Shown here: one piece after another, positions 63,801-64,000 of the stretch
Position numbering within the stretch: the stretch's first letter is position 1
Layout of the letters: the number at the start of each line of letters is the position of its first letter
NCBI GenBank assembly: GCA_028716165.1
Contig: JAQUQI010000002.1
Coordinates: 183,829-247,828 of the forward strand
Length of the DNA stretch: 64,000 bases
Source: Candidatus Omnitrophota bacterium
GTDB taxonomy: Bacteria > Omnitrophota > Gorgyraeia > JABMRG01
Reading direction: 5' to 3'
Notes under the pieces: generated by a model
Told to the model about the DNA's origin: nothing
The model's database searches: none
Seen by the model: the letters and a program-made list of their open reading frames with translations, nothing else
Made by a program: the position numbers and the translations under genes

Positions 63801-64000
63801 TCCTCAATCTTACCATTTAAAATAAGCTTTATAGTGTTATCTACGCGGATAAAGCCTGACTGGAGCTGTATGTCTCCATTATTTAAAACAGTGAATTTGA
63901 TACCGCCGACAAGCTCTCCTTTTTTGCCGTCTATTTCAAATTCTTTAGTATTGGCTAACAATTGAAAAGAGCCGTCTCCTGTTAATGCGGCGCTTATCGT
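48893..64000 (-). CDS. Giant protein, 5' end truncated by the window edge. At least 5,035 codons are in the window.
   Basis: Single uninterrupted minus-strand ORF. The ORF track starts it at a TTG (63961), but the frame stays open through 64000 (…TISAALTGDGSFQ-LLANTKEF…), so the N-terminus lies outside the window. Tripartite composition: residues ~1-1350 charged/helical; ~1350-2150 W/Y/F/G/S/T/N-rich with hydrophobic segments; ~2150-5022 acidic helical. Isolated HELSH motif at nt 50777-50791. No recognisable catalytic family. Confidence 0.8.
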   Translation of the reverse strand, partial: TISAALTGDGSFQLLANTKEFEIDGKKGELVGGIKFTVLNNGDIQLQSGFIRVDNTIKLILNGKIEEKRNIADGEQPTVAEATINAFYNIIETIQDDVIKSLNSDIREGDIFSKIFITYDSDKGEYKVQTDWDTLGLFVSQDIASLTDLITEHIMPQEELADLTVQCIQPAKTITDAKKAYEEKKRSLYEEWQETLTLHNNVETALTDLSGQGIDSYGAPYKVPKFIDVKSFVDKNVYDNYKTNYDNLNIEIGEYTVLYERLYYSQITNSSGVFLEDAWDSLKGASSTAQKDLDEAIDSKISSIRTSNLNNVEEAQTIIDGYLSTKQHSTDETQISNAYTSYLKGIGSGVENLKRALSRAGISVPEYTSGGVTVGIDESIDLTIINGWINNLITARGNLTDAETAAVKGAGGEKTRLEAELSKLTGALDTYYYNVDINTPDNWVLQSKYNGLEAEIELEKQNLPTTEITKTRINYSSYKSSLESSLGIEGLKTAWDAAVVAEAIALTALNTANDKVKTLEYEKGSLETQVTNAKTTVRSSAFATHLQDILTPLYTERRGLQAELQKLRTDKVSLLSDINSMSGIAGKNMESLESELKTKKDKRDEYNKLSNAYFAAGTNDSKKAYELTYVFPKEADFAKIKTRITMNEGYRDDPKNKAIKDTFQNNITTAQQDLVNLTHEKNRLQTQYGIDQAKIKQSNIKSAMEKILPNQAAYTALVSDIADLETKISSLNALSLKEKELQRVEEQIGIKDERVKQIDKDVKYYESESYRNEYYGSYSYSGNEKIAGLENDLRIKTGNLLTAEGEASTANSSWENAKAATGTAKAAYDTAVGKILSEAAYNANPQYKTITTQKNKMTETDEGKLKGYISQLETWKNMTFEDFKADYLKQDVSLNGLKTDFIRDNGMDPDAAKQRIFEITGHNYGSSLGPDEQYASGSELGSLYATIILNDATCKDIRKNIETLTTNITNASQVIFAKADAIRVKYDNPLTGYTTFKKEYGDPLGSGVMSSFLEENNFTSLEQANTRLVDLIGYTLDEVCSPQEKYITATKESKIGKVEAQIEVYNALKDVTKMPNNIGIIGDIPQNIATLRQNVVKAKEAFAPFDCEEGFKLFAKDFINKDTRIKDKVSTIKECIYNYSIAHDNVTNALTAYSNSFTAEETGKIVVAKKAHDDLTLDNYEPIYYREHGIERFRIVPASIAGGKAGMYPMALGVLLTNLALNDGGENVITGLYEIAINQGWIKQGGHLIDMDSDIVQGILNGTYDVPGLSEEGMGVIGKVTEAYRVSNQKQIDDLTREITRDTNELQALMQEEQLNTSHDISSNPYAVAEIQAIGAGIPKKTNELDQMIFNLNNRQFGFASDKSLNYGLRYEYVRPNGANATQLFDDVSWSFTLAGSLTSADAEIFSSLLGYGLPSAGTLYDGMPIVLTMGVNHSFINADKVVPYSSLTSEHKARVDTSIQDITHQTGLHPDNVNWTWYSNLGQNDNLSFTASSKTTSVTASVGYNGINSYTHIKNGALEGFMASGSDGWGKPIKFEYTWKNGHYVSSLESTPRGSNSVFGPEDYDTFYFDNSLIGYAQNKVNYWYGSEMITQTGYFNPSKLSYNAVDTFSPTALWVNRIGNSVRWVVDSLIVTFGNIFTLGSWAKSSELGNYASIDTLYRKNQGWGGWYGNVLDIGEIVVDILTWGYLGSLGAAKLAFISANVSSVVSTAGRFIKPLVTYLGTIPAAAYNMTVGLGFMTHTMSKAISLGLNLAGLDQDSVSRMGPGFLKDILNTTHYMGSGSPYSSILNHVGTPEGLAFIGFFSLLGPVMNMGGAWMQSKIITPLKSSFNTWTGKAVQFVKSHAQSLTSITAINALMGSATNPFLTLFSFGIKSAGSFFLKYSYEGMKFIGKNILKFGSFVTGSAADSFKSKFFAFISRGLGGVCEEALVEPLLQTMFLSGLPDNTQEFVVEFLSMDGNTSYNMNPSAYINALSGVDQVLGVITQFAGISGADRNSIMKALGKEFGKMKLGQNLTRVLHATGVLLDNYKEVFGNATDAQRIQLAGLLAQTNYFLNNLQRIDSQSEAFKLNFSEIYGNNSFMQYAADMYTINTQAKMSMKLLNSRSLFSTAQTVNHGHLLNLNAIGVSADGLNGVINNPVFKNEGLKTVFNNIIPDLGTFQKEIQLTGNAINLTAENINTALNYFRGHSVTANTSEYNQSMMTLVRALNVPKSMNEQTQTDARSLLKVEFSKLANDGQFLPSLTNLFLMDEVYKVLSDNSLDSEFHQYLKQIAINAMTTPDISNGYNLDIIARVLIESDNFFDAKFRSNLVNYIDKTINKIDIGQLGDAGSVSVLNGLQYVINTVDDNAILKHAVSKVTGIAQAVISNVQITDSEKITALSQTLSVLHDVEISKIGLDNKQIGFITQVKVNAAEKIYNIITNISADNLSETDVTAVISGLYSIKDMMPLKSQYTDFNEMIFEKTLSLYKRLNEFVYDPANNNPDTFDTLMDATMRASSLLSSAMLGLSLNPNYNKKTIDDSKILIRDTYAKWAEIITESNLLVRVKQAALTNMLESATQISWNMGQEGWLEFVPSVMSAFAQSFGAVFDSSSIDNTVSGFVSLFNNADFTVDYKAVFAAVNLINRMIDFKVSDSIDSIKNAMPNIAKAVKSLYNSEYKGKLDPIGASERILFKDIILNLEAIVAVSGQSGKLENLGLDTVKAELALSIINDIRLSTRADQALADNIVAVVKLVPALSEKVLSAFLNNGVAVPNVSKLAWLAGHLSLSDMQVWRAIAGTIKAASKTNTPFSMLKTAVDGDYEKLQEMKDNLQMYAQLGADKKSAVARFLKASPFSITSKDEEEIKAKRDLLVKWLEDNYKEIRDISKKIDALVKDGIIKDGIIDDNIIKDIERKINNFKKIHGFAAEADRMSKGFEVLKKCLEDNKGHGIDYLNRVLKASEDGVNKIDELLKNTADPAEQAKLSNGRLELINKIGVYQENKDKLEGLQLALKPTVASIAKSGLIRLDSMGRAIDSKDALALSLAVSQFLAIEDPAKKWPAQQEFIFGLWEGKFSSLGMSGGKTLAFAVEMAAKSLVLGNDFRAMFILESEEAIKKYLSKSAQGLNESPLGVLNAFGLKLKSGDEYMEKMKSLDVGTHDDALNKFISDLKDPHVIIAMSRTARGHLQTMLSSMGYEGLRSAVEATNLLRIDEFDSVIKIRETYNVSEQSDDKVSEERVNKIKALLNIITTALSKAGYTTKDGKEIKIAELTKLDDFRKHNGDHDMYMYYNKDTGKIFLNIAALAALTELGYKESEIQSVILAIKHVKDENYFIDAKNQKIGPVSTGTASPGSVFQDINYVIALAWKEGEGKLVDPKGLTVSRTSMQSTLREIFRMHRDADMAGGSGTYTEIVAILGPLTGLEFDYERMDNPKFEKLGFQFVKELSEVKDMISNAIMDFDAKEIVGMPKVLHLLSLYQTDKELFEYMSAGILESLVSRGAVLNYAPQAQMEGLIKTVKEKLINRLKDHKDDYAKKLKVKFTQLQEAAIKNHESKELIKLLEDCITWFDDIDKNADKIAEYIMGSEYSILAMTENTNEIADKAHLGHIVFTNQAGIVGLNYVKDIDIHIVADYLGEDLLKQALHRVFRNPFTDQAVRVVYMNEGIVKERLAYAAKHIDIISNILGCDKYDTQAQILLEVFKAGKFDNFDKLKGEAMLEAAQFAFKVKSAMEVSATNYFIIADIAQGYLKEGLKDLLLTYKPGTKEGDIIDKEFRKLLEIDPADALVNLRYSPEADAGEILKNIFTKNSEIARQVLQNIIQELEKVKTDTAQNAINDLKVKLDEYNQDIYTSEQGPMSLIDAQSWKDIYLTSRRLVDYMLADTAGAVYSKILIEAGKINQHGQDALAKIPNAPQTDDLQSGTLTVDAAKTLLSSEGENDEPGMPQSEVDEFIKFLTANNMISNDRLTPSGMILFNIANTIKNRFFGLKPEDPDRQALAGLLLDDSKKQGAGILDIVLAIANRAGMISRLTGFDLENLILIAREVSAIQSVFTDFKLEISDLAVIVTCTHGASALLISSDDPEYRLNHARDAIKNRLIELNQKGIIKHDFFNNITAGRDKLLSAIDSLNFSDEVKIALECVFLPDIGKAMDEIRSQAVAGYKPGIKDLEKAARLMVDFYSQKDNINDAGAYDSMGMADKAEEYIKAWAKAVGKITLTPTEIEVLVAIVKKLFLAETGAAPLSYTDVHELAEDVYSKEGPALSTRPIPIPNSELDLYSDFTKSAGNGIKLTIDENDKFVVVKDGSEKDVELIELIMAGTEDAVNILKELIKDNPDLQKLFDAIMHAAKYGSGYRDDNNQGGIVIRRVNRNDIGSIADKDVNLRVTFEEEGNSLATIELSDQWVRTMSGMMSLDTSKGKRAASYLIFETLIHELSHTDDISKPFQQIAEELRNYTAIDYNLEKILYSLEEKEIADLKQEVSGLIRNASLMTGKTGLAGHIRDFTDKDDATGKRSLITDWKRVVEKITNSMAQRSSNNNTRPLPYDIEIIEGNESLRADIADAIAKEMAEETPDFVGLKDKIYNLIAKFALESRAAELNNNKNILQAMNINIDGLIAKTKGNLTPDEVAQLANEIAGIEKMLDSELLASLTNKAASAAIPTAKQASAGIVSAQDALAGFDPLIASRIAGIIKDNNVDLVLSSNKPHDGFAGLGITELGERIQMPVLLIEALGLFGSNGAAILSSILAGIAAARAGSDPFGAQADYLGVTIKQVKKLYEDLGIIMGNLDLVKQRIIDPSERQELVAALSKTIDINKRKGETIEALERDLSDIEGLPQGIRNGFVNPIFDIMVIKPRMSQFEVKGELTQDMVLAISKLVIAAIEKPQYMNIATGNAYVFEANTVTESLAITLGAIVNNLPQEEQDMLNISVYGNNSHDAIKLLGAYGVKAKGVAGLEPVNAATIVYSDAGEMVDIRAEHIRYVEVEKGFETADNMVTAVQVIFAVFQMPFRQFAENLRNAGIDIGISDEEMRYMFANADSLEGVVKIKPVDRETIERIGNMIKQAV

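Noticed and set aside
49470-63965. Dozens of 60-170-aa plus-strand ORFs across the giant-gene region
   Set aside because: All are antisense to the single long minus-strand ORF and have biased Ser/Leu/Ile-rich composition. None has a recognisable motif.
60000-64000. Impression that the 5' portion of the giant gene is more AT-rich than the 3' portion (possible mosaic origin)
   Set aside because: The impression is based on hand-counted GC of a handful of 60-nt lines (25-52%). The variance is too high to claim without a proper sliding-window calculation.

Overview
This 64 kb window comes from a bacterium with a Gram-negative-type envelope: an outer-membrane beta-barrel ending in Phe, an LPS heptosyltransferase and a SurA-like lipoprotein. 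GC content is moderate, and almost every gene lies on the minus strand. The one plus-strand block is a spoVG-yraN-comM operon.

Housekeeping genes are clearly recognisable:
- ppdK (pyruvate phosphate dikinase)
- glyQ/glyS, aspS and hisS
- dnaE and recO
- hup (HU), groES and groEL
- apt and a sigma-70 factor
- the phoH/HD-membrane/ybeY/dgkA module
- an IMPDH-family gene

Three things stand out.

1. A single uninterrupted giant ORF on the minus strand (48893 to the window edge). At least 5,035 codons lie inside the window, and the reading frame is still open at nt 64000, so the true N-terminus is outside the window. The protein is tripartite: a coiled-coil-like N-terminal part, a central aromatic/Gly/Ser/Thr/Asn-rich part with hydrophobic segments, and a long acidic helical C-terminal part.

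2. An extraordinary density of mosaic, hairpin-forming intergenic repeat arrays. There are 11 loci (12 annotated segments, because array 1 is split by an inserted gene), about 4.4 kb or 7% of the window. They are built from a handful of 15-45 bp modules in both orientations. The arrays have polarised, conserved end modules, internal tandem duplications, and small accessory cassettes nested between them: a GIY-YIG nuclease, a DUF2283/DUF4258-like pair, and a wHTH-nucleotidyltransferase.

3. A canonical CIRCE operator plus a consensus sigma-70 promoter upstream of groESL. An ECF sigma/anti-sigma pair also heads an envelope-glycosylation operon that contains a radical SAM enzyme.

A tRNA-Arg(CCU) was found by eye. 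No rRNA, CRISPR array, transposase or integrase was seen.

Lineage cannot be established from sequence alone. The combination of a giant gene, PPDK, SpoVG and a dense REP-like repeat load is reminiscent of uncultivated lineages such as Omnitrophota; this is an inference only.
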